A stretch of 64,000 nt of DNA from Dehalococcoidia bacterium (GTDB taxonomy: Bacteria > Chloroflexota > Dehalococcoidia > UBA6926). Shown here piece by piece: positions 63,558 through 64,000 of the stretch; positions within the stretch are counted from its first letter, which is position 1, and the number at the start of each line of letters is the position of its first letter. Location of the stretch: contig OZ244736.1 in NCBI GenBank assembly GCA_965219405.1, forward strand, positions 1,705,443 through 1,769,442, in the 5' to 3' direction. The notes under the pieces were generated by a model. The model saw only the letters and a list, made by a program, of their open reading frames with translations. It was not told the DNA's origin and ran no database searches. The position numbers and the translations under genes were made by a program.

Positions 63558-64000
63558 AGAAAGTCACCTGTCCCGGCATTTGATAGCTCTTGCGTCCGGG
63601 GAATCCCTCGAATCCCTCATACAAGATCAACGGCGAGAGGTCCGGATGGCCGCGAAACTCGAGACCAAAGAGGTCATGCCCCTCGCGCTCGTGCCAGTCC
63701 GCCCCCATCCAGACGCCAATTGCAGTTGGAATCCATGGGTCGTCGATGGGCGCGCGCGTCTTTATCACCAATTTGTGCGGATGGGACAATGAGGCGAGAT
63801 GATAGACCGCCTCCAGTTCGTCCTGCCAGTCAACGACAGACAGGCAACGGAGGTATTTGAAATCGAGTTCCGGGTCCGATTTGAGCGCTACGCACACGTC
63901 AGCGACGGCCTCACGCGGGACGCGTAACTGAAGTTCATCGAACGAATAGTCGACGGATTGCGCATTCTCCCCGGCAATCTCTCGCACGCGCGCCTCGATT
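63547..64000 (-). CDS. nuoC: NADH-quinone oxidoreductase subunit C (30 kDa), probably 5'-partial at the window edge
   Basis: The 30-kDa-subunit core (LRCLSVVDWQDELEAVYHL...DLFGLEFRGHPD) is present. The true start may lie beyond position 64000. Confidence 0.7.
   Translation of the reverse strand, partial: IEARVREIAGENAQSVDYSFDELQLRVPREAVADVCVALKSDPELDFKYLRCLSVVDWQDELEAVYHLASLSHPHKLVIKTRAPIDDPWIPTAIGVWMGADWHEREGHDLFGLEFRGHPDLSPLILYEGFEGFPGRKSYQMPGQVTFYGD

Noticed and set aside
62610-63860. 416-aa plus-strand ORF
   Set aside because: Antisense spanning nuoD and nuoC, with no motifs.

Overview
High-GC (~60-65%) bacterial chromosomal window that is mostly housekeeping. The taxon is only inferred: the YYY-domain/GT39-like membrane-protein pair, a dimeric-type glyQS and a nuo operon lacking nuoEFG suggest a Chloroflexi-like lineage. 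Recognisable genes include a partial coxB, a fused moaD-moaE, glyQS, AddAB, a 2-oxoacid:ferredoxin oxidoreductase (korAB), rplU-rpmA-rpmE, miaB, ftsY, hisD/hisG, birA, nuoC-D-H-I-J-K-L-N, and two tRNAs (Arg-CCG, Ser-GCU). Several less ordinary items are embedded in this backbone. (1) A 370-codon MetE-like gene just downstream of tRNA-Arg has an in-frame TGA where the conserved zinc-ligand Cys should be, followed by a hairpin; it is either a selenoprotein candidate or a nonsense pseudogene. (2) A self-contained bicistronic module encodes a minimal nucleotidyltransferase-fold protein and an XRE-HTH protein with a 4-nt overlap, a near-consensus promoter and a palindromic operator; it looks like a toxin-antitoxin or defence cassette. 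(3) A 43-codon His/Cys-rich ORF with a strong RBS and a terminator-like hairpin sits directly upstream of a His-rich CDF metal exporter. (4) There are several unusual fusions: SbcD-like nuclease with GNAT, RlmD m5U-methyltransferase with Maf, tandem family III CoA-transferase, and a membrane domain with a sulfite-oxidase Mo domain. (5) A large serine recombinase has its catalytic Ser motif replaced. (6) NuoI carries a 3x tandem Ala/Arg-rich C-terminal repeat. (7) A cytoplasmic trypsin-like protease clusters with two FmdB zinc ribbons and YraN. No CRISPR array, IS element or intact prophage is seen. Many long ORFs in the six-frame track are antisense shadows of real genes and were rejected.
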